10,545 nt of DNA from a virus. Taxonomy: Duplodnaviria; Heunggongvirae; Uroviricota; Caudoviricetes. Below the pieces are notes generated by a model that saw only the letters and a list, made by a program, of their open reading frames with translations, was not told where the DNA came from and did no database searches. This document shows, one piece after another, positions 1-9,602 of the stretch; the first letter of the stretch is position 1, and each line of letters opens with the position of its first letter. Made by a program: the position numbers and the translations under genes. The stretch lies in the IMG/VR virus record IMGVR_UViG_2909303794_000003; one strand, given 5' to 3'.

Positions 1-378
1 ATGACCGTATCAAAACGTGGCCGTGTGCCAAAAACAATCAAAGAAGCCGTACAAGAGCAGTTCAGTCGCATGGGGGAAAGCTACTATGCGAACATCAAGT
101 GGGCGAAATCAGTTAATGCCCATTACTTCAAGGTCATTCGGGAATCGGATCAGCCAGAACCGATTTTCTACACCTTCTCAGTAATTGATGAAGAGATACA
201 TTATACATATTTTGACGTGAACACCTTTGAAGCAACTCAGCTATCGTTAGCTTGCTCAGAGGATGCGTTCTTTCAATTCATGTTTAGGTGTGATCTACCG
301 TTAGACTTCGATGCATTTACCGAAATTATGCGTTTGATCTCATTGCATGGATTAGATGTCACTGCCTTTTATAAATAA
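1..378 (+). CDS. hypothetical phage protein, 125 aa
   Basis: ATG at 1, stop TAA at 376-378, uninterrupted ORF co-directional with its neighbours. Basic N-terminus (SKRGRVPK, loosely AT-hook-like). No family recognised by eye. Upstream signals lie outside the window. Confidence 0.6.
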   Translation: MTVSKRGRVPKTIKEAVQEQFSRMGESYYANIKWAKSVNAHYFKVIRESDQPEPIFYTFSVIDEEIHYTYFDVNTFEATQLSLACSEDAFFQFMFRCDLPLDFDAFTEIMRLISLHGLDVTAFYK

Positions 379-391
379 GACATTATATCAA

Positions 392-437
392 CTCCTATTT
401 TTGTTAGTCGTGATAAATAAGACTGTAAAAATAGGAG
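392..437 (+). promoter_or_regulatory. RNA hairpin sequestering the Shine-Dalgarno of the 446-625 ORF
   Basis: Perfect 11-bp inverted repeat CTCCTATTTTT (392-402) / AAAAATAGGAG (427-437) with a 24-nt loop. The right arm contains most of the AGGAGGG SD (433-439), which lies 6 nt before ATG 446. The left arm begins 14 nt after the upstream stop codon. No T-tract follows, so it does not look like a terminator. Confidence 0.4.
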
Positions 438-445
438 GGTTGATT

Positions 446-625
446 ATGACTTGGCTCAGTAATGTACTCATTGAAGTACTCGCAACTATAATTTATATGT
501 TTGTGCTATTTCCATGTTGGATAGTACTGCATCTTTGTTTTATGGTTTTGGTAGTATTACTGCTACCATTTAAGATTCCAGCTATAAATAGATATGTAAT
601 GACAAAGATGAAACGCCAAAAATAA
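446..625 (+). CDS. small hydrophobic membrane protein, 59 aa (two predicted TM helices, basic C-terminal tail KMKRQK)
   Basis: Internal ATG at 446 of track ORF 356..625, preceded by a strong SD AGGAGGG. The 356 start would overlap the upstream gene and has no SD. Sequence is MTWLSNVLIEVLATIIYMFVLFPCWIVLHLCFMVLVVLLLPFKIPAINRYVMTKMKRQK. A terminator lies downstream. Confidence 0.55.
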   Translation: MTWLSNVLIEVLATIIYMFVLFPCWIVLHLCFMVLVVLLLPFKIPAINRYVMTKMKRQK

Positions 626-662
626 ATATGGTATAATATCACTATAATTCCTCCAATAATTT

Positions 663-687
663 GCCCCAATTATTTGGGGTGCTTTTT
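663..687 (+). terminator. rho-independent terminator candidate
   Basis: Stem CCCCAA (664-669) pairs with TTGGGG (674-679), loop TTAT, followed by TGCTTTTT (680-687). It lies 38 nt after the stop of the 446-625 ORF. Confidence 0.55.
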
Positions 688-729
688 GTGTGGAAGAAAA
701 TCAGAAAAGTTTAACAAAAGGATATTGTT

Positions 730-882
730 ATGAAAGAAAAGAAAACGATTAGTGTTGGAGTGAGATTAAATCCTACACAAGAAGAAATACTAAAATCACT
801 TATAGAATGTGGTAAGGCTACTACGATTAGTTCAGCCATTCAGTATCTGATACATCAGTATGCGATTTTAGGTAGCAAGTAA
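730..882 (+). CDS. ribbon-helix-helix (CopG/Arc/MetJ-like) DNA-binding protein, 50 aa; absent from the supplied ORF track
   Basis: ATG 730 preceded by AAGGA (717-721); stop TAA at 880-882. Translation by hand: MKEKKTISVGVRLNPTQEEILKSLIECGKATTISSAIQYLIHQYAILGSK. The layout is an N-terminal beta-strand (TISVGVRL), helix A (PTQEEILKSLIE), a turn (CGKA) and helix B (TTISSAIQYLIHQY), which is the classic RHH pattern. Confidence 0.55.
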   Translation: MKEKKTISVGVRLNPTQEEILKSLIECGKATTISSAIQYLIHQYAILGSK

Positions 883-888
883 GGGTTT

Positions 889-938
889 GGTACTTTCACT
901 TTAGAAAAGTACTGGCAGTACTTCAGGATGAAGTACTT
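889..938. repeat. operator-like cluster of AGTACT-core palindromes
   Basis: GGTACT at 889-894. A 17-bp palindrome AAGTACTG-g-CAGTACTT at 907-923. A self-complementary 8-mer AAGTACTT at 931-938. This gives four RGTACT cores in 50 bp, between the RHH gene stop and the next start codon (956). Confidence 0.45.
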
Positions 939-955
939 ATTTTCAAGGAAGAAAT

Positions 956-991
956 ATGAAGAAGGAAAAAAGAAATGACCTAAAAGGTCAG
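956..991 (+). pseudogene. 5' stub of a phage ORF truncated by IS2
   Basis: SD-like AAGGAAG (945-951), then ATG 956. Twelve codons (MKKEKRNDLKGQ) run directly into the IS2 end, whose first triplet TAG is in frame. Confidence 0.3.
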
Positions 992-1033
992 TAGACTGGC
1001 CCCCTGAATCTCCAGACAACCAATATCACTTAA
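992..1033 (+). repeat. IS2 left terminal inverted repeat (IRL)
   Basis: TAGACTGGCCCCCTGAATCTCCAGACAACCAATATCACTTAA. It is an imperfect match to the reverse complement of 2282-2322, sharing the blocks GCCCC, TCCAGACA and TATCACTTAA. Confidence 0.9.
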
Positions 1034-1082
1034 ATAAGTGATAGTCTTAATACTAGTTTTTAGACTAGTCATTGGAGAGCAG

Positions 1083-1448
1083 ATGATTGATGTCTTAGGA
1101 CCGGAGAAACGCAGACGGCGTACTACACAGGAAAAGATCGCTATTGTTCAGCAGAGCTTTGAACCGGGAATGACGGTCTCCCTTGTTGCCCGGCAACACG
1201 GTGTGGCAGCCAGCCAGTTATTTCTCTGGCGCAAGCAATACCAGGAGGGAAGTCTTACTGCTGTGGCCGCAGGAGAGCAGGTCGTTCCTGCCTCTGAACT
1301 TGCTGCTGCCATGAAGCAGATTAAAGAACTCCAGCGCCTGCTCGGCAAAAAAACGATGGAAAATGAACTCCTTAAAGAAGCCGTTGAATACGGGCGTGCA
1401 AAAAAGTGGATAGCGCACGCGCCCTTATTGCCCGGGGATGGGGAGTAA
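1083..1448 (+). CDS. insC: IS2 OrfA (InsC), HTH DNA-binding / regulatory protein, 121 aa
   Basis: ATG 1083 ([53 protein letters not shown]...), stop TAA at 1446-1448. The sequence is recognised as IS2 InsC. The GTG at 1038 given in the track is an upstream extension into IRL. Confidence 0.95.
1400..1406 (+). promoter_or_regulatory. IS2 programmed -1 ribosomal frameshift motif A6G
   Basis: AAAAAAG at 1400-1406 lies near the end of insC, where the insD frame (-1 relative to insC) opens. It produces the OrfAB (InsCD) transposase in IS2 and the IS3 family. Confidence 0.7.
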
Positions 1449-2311
1449 GCTTAGTCAGCCGTTGTCTCCGGGTGTCGCGTGCGCAGTTGCACGTAATTCT
1501 CAGACGAACCGATGACTGGAAAGATGGTCGCCGCAGCCGTCACTCAGATGATACGGATGTGCTTCTCCGTATACACCATGTTATCGGAGAGCTGCCCACG
1601 TATGGTTATCGTCGGGTATGGGCGCTGCTTCGCAGACAGGCCGAACTTGATGGTATGCCTGCGATCAATGCCAAACGTGTTTACCGGATCATGCGCCAGA
1701 ATGCGCTGTTGCTTGAGCGAAAAACCGCTGTACCGCTATCGAAACGGGCACATACTGGCAAAGTGGCCGTGAAAGAAAGCAATCAACGATGGTGCTCTGA
1801 CGGGTTCGAGTTCCGCTGTGATAACGGAGAAAAACTGCGAGTCACGTTCGCGCTGGACTGCTGTGACCGTGAGGCACTGCACTGGGCAGTCACTACGGGC
1901 GGCTTCGACAGTGAAACAGTACAGGACGTCATGCTGGGAGCGGTGGAACGCCGCTTCGGCAACGAGCTTCCGGCGTCTCCAGTAGAGTGGCTGACGGATA
2001 ATGGTTCATGCTACCGGGCTAATGAAACACGGCAGTTTGCCCGGATATTGGGGCTTGAACCGAAGAACACGGCGGTGCGGAGTCCGGAGAGTAACGGCAT
2101 AGCAGAGAGCTTCGTGAAAACGATAAAGCGTGACTACATCAGTATCATGCCTAAACCAGACGGGTTAACGGCAGCAAAGAACCTTGCAGAGGCGTTCGAG
2201 CATTATAACGAATGGCATCCGCATAGTGCACTGGGTTATCGCTCGCCACGGGAATATCTACGGCAGCGGGCCAGTAATGGGTTAAGTGATAACAGGTGTC
2301 TGGAAATATAG
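1406..2311 (+). CDS. insD: IS2 OrfB (InsD), DDE transposase catalytic domain, 301 aa
   Basis: GTG 1406 to TAG 2309-2311. The DDE triad context is intact ([32 protein letters not shown]). The sequence is recognised as IS2 InsD with scattered substitutions relative to the K-12 copy as I remember it. Confidence 0.95.
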
Positions 2312-2322
2312 GGGCAAATCCA
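2282..2322 (+). repeat. IS2 right terminal inverted repeat (IRR)
   Basis: TTAAGTGATAACAGGTGTCTGGAAATATAGGGGCAAATCCA, which is the reverse complement of TGGATTTGCCCCTATATTTCCAGACACCTGTTATCACTTAA. Confidence 0.9.
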
Positions 2323-2323
2323 A

Positions 2324-2628
2324 CTTGCTTTAGGGGGCTTCCTTAAAGATGCACAGATGAATATTACACTCGTTATCCTGAATCCCTATAACAGTACTGT
2401 ATTGTACTCCATGCTGATGTTCTCAGGATTTGTTGATTACATTCAGGCAGTAGCCGATCCAAATGAAAAAACGAATGAAATGACAGTTTACGTGAATAGC
2501 ATTTATAAGAAGCTGGACAGACAGCCACCACTAATTGCTGCCAATTCAGTATATCAATCTCTCTATAAAGGGGATGAATACTTTAGTTTATTAGGACAGG
2601 TGAATCAGGATCAAACGTGGAGATACAA

Positions 2629-2632
<4 letters not shown>
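2324..2632 (+). pseudogene. probable 3' remnant of a phage tail gene truncated by the IS2 event
   Basis: The reading frame is open from the IS2 junction (first full codon 2324) to TGA at 2630-2632. The ATG at 2357 has no convincing SD. The stop overlaps the next start (ATGA), which is typical of tail-operon coupling. No family recognised. Confidence 0.45.
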
Positions 2633-6220
<3,588 letters not shown>

Positions 6221-6221
<1 letters not shown>

Positions 6222-6520
6222 TGGCACAGGGTTTACAATGCTGGGATGCATCTGGACGATTAATTGTCGATATTGGTGATTACAACATGCGGTACATGGG
6301 ATCAGTCAATCTTAATGTATCGGCTGGTAGTACTACATCATGGAATGTAGCCTGGTCGGGTATGCGTCCAACGGGTTGGTTGGCAGTAATGCGAGTGAGT
6401 CAGTACTGGAATGAGTTTTACTGTATTCCGGGTACTAACGCTTTCACCGTTCAATATCTTCCAGTGAGTGGCGTTTATGCCCAAACATTAACATTCGATA
6501 TATACAAATATGACGTGTAA
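6221..6520 (+). CDS. hypothetical tail-associated protein, 99 aa (paralogue of the domains in 6529-7176)
   Basis: ATG 6221 overlaps the J-like stop (TAATG); the track's GTG 6215 is less likely. N-terminal motif GLQCWDASGRLIVD and later YCIPG are shared with the next gene. The composition is beta-rich. Confidence 0.7.
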
Positions 6521-6528
6521 GGATCACT

Positions 6529-7176
6529 ATGTCAGGTTTTCAGGTTTACAATTCAGCAGGTGCTCTTACGATAGATTCCGATAATAAATCGGTCGTAATG
6601 AGTTCCGTTAAAGCAATGGGCACACTCTCAGATACAGGGTATTACCTCATTAACAGTGCTTTTGGTAATGGAAGTACGTTGGGGTATCTGCCTCTAAATT
6701 TCTTCCCCAATACGGGACTACGCTGGTTCCAGCTACAGACAAATGGAAAGTACTGTTTTCCCGGCTCGGCAATGTTCGAGGCAGGTTCAGGGCGGTTCAT
6801 GCTCTCCAGTAATACCACGGCTCTTACATCGGGCTATCTCGATGTGTATAACAGTGCTGGAACATTGATCTGGTCTGCTGCCAGTGCGGGTACAATGCCA
6901 CGTATTCAGGGTTTCCTTACCGTGCCATCCTCTCATGATCTCGGTACTGCCTTGACGCTTACGACGAGTTTTGCCGATCCGTGGATATGCATTAGTCAGT
7001 GTCCGGGCAACATATCCGATGATGGCGGCACAGTTGGCTATTCCGGCATTCTCATTAAAAGGAATAGCAGTACTTCATTCTCTTTACAGTATGTGAATAA
7101 GAACCAGAAGGCATATCGACAGGCAATGGGGAACAGCGGATTTCAAATTGCTTTAGCAAGTTTCACTGGTTATTGA
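6529..7176 (+). CDS. hypothetical tail-associated protein, 215 aa, two tandem copies of the same ~100-aa domain
   Basis: AGGA lies 6 nt before ATG 6529. GFQVYNSAGALTID...YCFPG in the first half, and YLDVYNSAGTLIWS...QCPG in the second half. Confidence 0.75.
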   Translation: MSGFQVYNSAGALTIDSDNKSVVMSSVKAMGTLSDTGYYLINSAFGNGSTLGYLPLNFFPNTGLRWFQLQTNGKYCFPGSAMFEAGSGRFMLSSNTTALTSGYLDVYNSAGTLIWSAASAGTMPRIQGFLTVPSSHDLGTALTLTTSFADPWICISQCPGNISDDGGTVGYSGILIKRNSSTSFSLQYVNKNQKAYRQAMGNSGFQIALASFTGY

Positions 7177-7213
7177 TATAAATACTCATAATAACAATAA
7201 TAAGGCATAATGT

Positions 7214-7486
7214 ATGGATTTCGGTACTATTGTTGCTCTTGTTATCGCTGGCCTTGGTTTTCTTTATACGATATTCCGTGACAGTTCTTCTGATACTGAA
7301 GATTTACTCACGCGAGTTTCGCAAATTGAAGCAAAGATACAACTGCACAGTAGCAGTATAGACCGCCTCGAAACAGAGCAGGATGAAATGAAGAAGACAT
7401 TACGTAATCTCGAAGATCAAATTCATCAACTGGATTTGAAGATTGAGCGTATTCTGACAATTCTCGAAAAGACAAAAGGGGCATAA
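7214..7486 (+). CDS. membrane-anchored coiled-coil protein, 90 aa (one N-terminal TM); possibly lysis-related
   Basis: ATG 7214 with AAGG upstream. TM segment FGTIVALVIAGLGFLYTIF is followed by a heptad-like helix (LLTRVSQIEAKIQLHSSSIDRLETEQDEMKKTLRNLEDQIHQLDLKIERILTILEK). It is convergent with the lysozyme gene. Function is inferred only. Confidence 0.7.
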   Translation: MDFGTIVALVIAGLGFLYTIFRDSSSDTEDLLTRVSQIEAKIQLHSSSIDRLETEQDEMKKTLRNLEDQIHQLDLKIERILTILEKTKGA

Positions 7487-7495
7487 TGCCCCTTT
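7475..7495. terminator. bidirectional rho-independent terminator
   Basis: Stem AAAGGGGC (7475-7482) pairs with GCCCCTTT (7488-7495), loop ATAAT. T-rich sequence follows on the plus strand (GTTATTTTA) and TTTTGTC follows on the minus strand. It lies exactly between the convergent stops at 7486 (+) and 7497 (-). Confidence 0.75.
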
Positions 7496-7496
7496 G

Positions 7497-7940
7497 TTAT
7501 TTTAATTGATTATTCATATCTCTTACCCGGTTTGGCGTTTGCCTGTACCATAATGAATCAACGGACTCACGCCGCACACCATCACGATCTCCCGCCTTTG
7601 CTGCTGCCAGTAGTTTTCTGAATTTACTTACGCCATTCACCCCTAACTGAAAAATCATGATGATCAGATAGTCCTCAATATCGGCAGGAAGAGTACCCAA
7701 ACGTAATGTACTTAATCCTGTCCGGGCAACTGCAATATCTTTATCAAGTAAAGTCTCTGCCTCATTCGGGGATAATCCAGTACTGAAAATTTCCCCTGAT
7801 TTGATTAAATGTCCATACCCGACAGTGCTGAATCCCAATGAGTCAGAGTATGGGAAGAACTTTCCATTACGGAAGTACCCCAATTTTGTCTGATAGGCAA
7901 TCGTGCCTTTATATTCCTTAAGTCTGCTTTTTAAATCCAT
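7497..7940 (-). CDS. endolysin, T4-type lysozyme (glycoside hydrolase family 24), 147 aa
   Basis: The E-8x-D-5x-T type catalytic context (LKEYKG ... YSDSLGFSTVGYGH) and the C-terminal SLWYRQTPNRV resemble T4 lysozyme (WYNQTPNRA). There is no N-terminal TM or signal, so it is holin-dependent. Confidence 0.9.
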   Translation of the reverse strand: MDLKSRLKEYKGTIAYQTKLGYFRNGKFFPYSDSLGFSTVGYGHLIKSGEIFSTGLSPNEAETLLDKDIAVARTGLSTLRLGTLPADIEDYLIIMIFQLGVNGVSKFRKLLAAAKAGDRDGVRRESVDSLWYRQTPNRVRDMNNQLK

Positions 7941-7981
7941 TCACTAAATACCTATATAAATTACATATGGGTATTTAGTGA
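7941..7981. repeat. perfect 12-bp inverted repeat filling the divergent intergenic region
   Basis: TCACTAAATACC (7941-7952) and GGTATTTAGTGA (7970-7981), separated by 17 nt of AT-rich spacer (TATATAAATTACATATG). The left arm abuts the lysozyme start codon (7938-7940). The right arm overlaps the first base of ATG 7981. Confidence 0.7.
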
Positions 7982-8430
7982 TGAGAATTAATAACAACTG
8001 GACGATGTTCGAACCAGAACAATGGGATATCAAGGAAGTAAATGAAGGTCTGTACTGTTCATTTGTGTACTTAATTGAATTTCCCGAAACGGGGGAGTAC
8101 TACTTCGGGAAGAAGCAGATATATAAAGGTATCAAAGATATTTCAAACCTTAAGGGTACTTCAACGGAAAGCAACTGGCTGGATTATACGGGCAGCAGTA
8201 AAAGTGTAAATGCCATGATTGATTCAGGTATGGAGTACTCAAAAAGGATTCTGTACTGCTTTAAAACTGATGCTGAAGCCACTTTAATTGAAACTGCATT
8301 GATTAGCTATTACGGCTTACATCCCGACAATCTCAATAAAGCCATTCTGTGTAAATCCCGATTGCCAAAAAATCGAATTGAATTGTTCCGGGTGCTACAG
8401 AGTTTGATCGAAATGTTGGGCGTGAGGTAA
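7981..8430 (+). CDS. GIY-YIG nuclease-domain protein, Seg-like, 149 aa
   Basis: ATG 7981 (the track's GTG 7978 is one codon upstream). FVYLIEF...GEYYFGKK (the GIY/YIG pair), then W-x-DYTGSSKSVNAMIDSG...KRILYCF...AEATLIETALI...NLNK. This matches the Y-x-GSG...L..AI..G...IL...EA..E..I layout of phage Seg/GIY-YIG homing endonucleases. There is no obvious C-terminal DNA-binding module. Confidence 0.65.
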   Translation: MRINNNWTMFEPEQWDIKEVNEGLYCSFVYLIEFPETGEYYFGKKQIYKGIKDISNLKGTSTESNWLDYTGSSKSVNAMIDSGMEYSKRILYCFKTDAEATLIETALISYYGLHPDNLNKAILCKSRLPKNRIELFRVLQSLIEMLGVR

Positions 8431-8432
8431 AT

Positions 8433-9002
8433 ATGATTAGAGGCAGAATAACAGGGCTGAATAACGCAACAACCTATCTTAATACTACAGGTCAACGTCT
8501 TGGACGTGACTTTCAGAATGAAATAATCAAAAGGTCAAGGGCGTTATCAGCCAAAATGCAAATGGACTTAAACAATGCCGTCGATAAAGGAGCAGTACCT
8601 TTCACTCAGCGTTCCATTCTCTTTATGTACAAGAAAGTTGGTAATGGAGTTCGCAGTACTATTCTCGTGAAGGATCTACAAGCGAAGTACTTATATGACG
8701 TACTTGTTGAGGAAAAAGCCCTTGATAAGTTTGTACCAACGAGTAAGGCACGTCTTGATCGGTTCGGTAACATTGCAGGGTTGAAACGTAATCTATCAAA
8801 TGGGCGTTATAAGGTCATTAAAGGGAAGAATGGTAAAGAGCGATTGATTGATACCAGCCAGAAGAAGAAAGAAAAGCGAGTAATTGGATTACGTGAAAGT
8901 AAGAAACGTAAAATCATTTATGATTTCTATGCAGAAGCAGAGAAGGGGGCAAGACTTGTTCTCGCAGGGATACAGGGATCGTTTGTTATAAAAAAGGGAT
9001 AA
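8433..9002 (+). CDS. hypothetical protein, 189 aa, lysine-rich C-terminal half
   Basis: GAGG lies 5 nt before ATG 8433, and the gene is tightly packed with its neighbours. The N-terminus (MIRGRITGLNNATTYLNTTGQRL...) vaguely resembles HK97 gp10-type head-tail proteins, but I cannot support that call. Confidence 0.7.
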   Translation: MIRGRITGLNNATTYLNTTGQRLGRDFQNEIIKRSRALSAKMQMDLNNAVDKGAVPFTQRSILFMYKKVGNGVRSTILVKDLQAKYLYDVLVEEKALDKFVPTSKARLDRFGNIAGLKRNLSNGRYKVIKGKNGKERLIDTSQKKKEKRVIGLRESKKRKIIYDFYAEAEKGARLVLAGIQGSFVIKKG

Positions 9003-9003
9003 T

Positions 9004-9315
9004 ATGAATTTTGAAGAACACTATGGTGAACTTACGAGTGAGATAACGCTGAATGGTACTATACCAGATGGTAATAGTATGCCAATCAACAAGTGCTTTC
9101 TCGGAAAGAAGTTCCAGAAGCAATTGAAGAAAGCAGATATACAGATTGAGTGCTTTATGAATATCTGCTACGAGAAAAAACAAAGTTTTAAAGATGGTGA
9201 AGTACTCACATGGTCACTACAGGGTGATGAAATGGATGTGTACTTAATCGAAAGTAAAAGGTTATTTGTAAAGGGAAAGCACTTTTGGGGATATTGTGTG
9301 GGGATCATTGAATGA
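9004..9315 (+). CDS. hypothetical protein, 103 aa
   Basis: AAGGGA precedes ATG 9004, which lies 1 nt after the upstream stop. The stop overlaps the next start (ATGA). No family recognised. Confidence 0.65.
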   Translation: MNFEEHYGELTSEITLNGTIPDGNSMPINKCFLGKKFQKQLKKADIQIECFMNICYEKKQSFKDGEVLTWSLQGDEMDVYLIESKRLFVKGKHFWGYCVGIIE

Positions 9316-9602
9316 TTGGAATGATAATTGATTTAATCAAAACTGGATTGGGCTTCTTCCAGAAAAAAGAACAAAGCAAACAGGAACTGGACGCACAGAA
9401 CAGTCACGAGCAGAACGAGATCACACTTGAAGAAACACGTAAGGGCTTCACGTGGCGACAGGGTTTAGGCTGGGTACTAACGTTCATCATTCTATGGAAC
9501 TACGTCATTGTGCCAGTACTGGCATTGTGTGGTGTAGTACTTCCCATAGTTCCACTTGATGAAATATGGAAAGTACTGATCATCTTAATCGGTGGGAGTT
9601 GA
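9312..9602 (+). CDS. holin-like protein of the GTA-type 3-TM holin family, 96 aa
   Basis: N-terminal amphipathic and charged segment (KKEQSKQELDAQNSHEQNEITLEE), then FTWRQGLGWVLTFIILWNYVIVPVLALCGVVLPIVPLDEIWKVLIILIGG. The W-R-x-x-x-G-W plus hydrophobic helices pattern is as I recall it for the Pfam family named Holin of 3TMs, for gene-transfer release. Confidence 0.55.
   Translation: MIGMIIDLIKTGLGFFQKKEQSKQELDAQNSHEQNEITLEETRKGFTWRQGLGWVLTFIILWNYVIVPVLALCGVVLPIVPLDEIWKVLIILIGGS

Larger units (their letters stand above)
992..2322 (+). mobile_element. IS2: IS2 (IS3 family), complete 1331-bp copy
   Basis: Begins TAGACTGGCCCCCTGAATCTCCAGACAACC and ends GGAAATATAGGGGCAAATCCA, which are the IS2 IRL and IRR ends as I recall them. 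Length is exactly 1331 bp. It encodes InsC and InsD with the A6G frameshift window. G+C is visibly higher than the flanks. Confidence 0.97.

Noticed and set aside
356-445. N-terminal extension of ORF 356..625 (start at ATG 356)
   Set aside because: It overlaps the last 23 nt of the upstream gene and has no SD. It would also read through the hairpin region. The internal ATG 446 has a strong AGGAGGG SD at ideal spacing.
608-687. Promoter-like element followed closely by the terminator, implying a ~44-nt sRNA carrying an anti-SD CCUCC (650-654). The element is ATGAAA, an 18-nt spacer, and an extended -10 TGgTATAAT at 629-637.
   Set aside because: TATAAT-like hexamers are expected by chance in AT-rich DNA. 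The -35 is weak. Complementarity of the putative RNA to the 433-439 SD region is only the 5-nt core plus a wobble. The simpler reading is that 663-687 just terminates the upstream genes. This would need 5' end mapping to revive.
1038-1082. GTG 1038 start for the IS2 OrfA ORF
   Set aside because: The extension lies in the IRL and promoter region. Canonical InsC begins MIDVLGPEK at ATG 1083.
1148-1772. Track ORFs 1148..1348(-), 1218..1418(-) and 1512..1772(+) inside IS2
   Set aside because: They lie entirely within the well-known insC/insD coding regions in other frames or on the other strand. They are shadow ORFs of a GC-richer element, and no such IS2 products are known.
7173-7201. Sigma70-like promoter TTGATA-17 nt-AATAAT upstream of the 7214 gene
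   Set aside because: The predicted start site would fall at or after the SD (7202-7205), leaving almost no leader. The sequence is AT-rich, where such matches are common.
7214-7486. Embedded o-spanin (Rz1-like lipoprotein ORF) in the +1 or +2 frame of the TM-coiled-coil gene
   Set aside because: I translated both alternative frames by hand. One stops after about 20 codons. The other has no ATG and no L-[AS]-[GA]-C lipobox.
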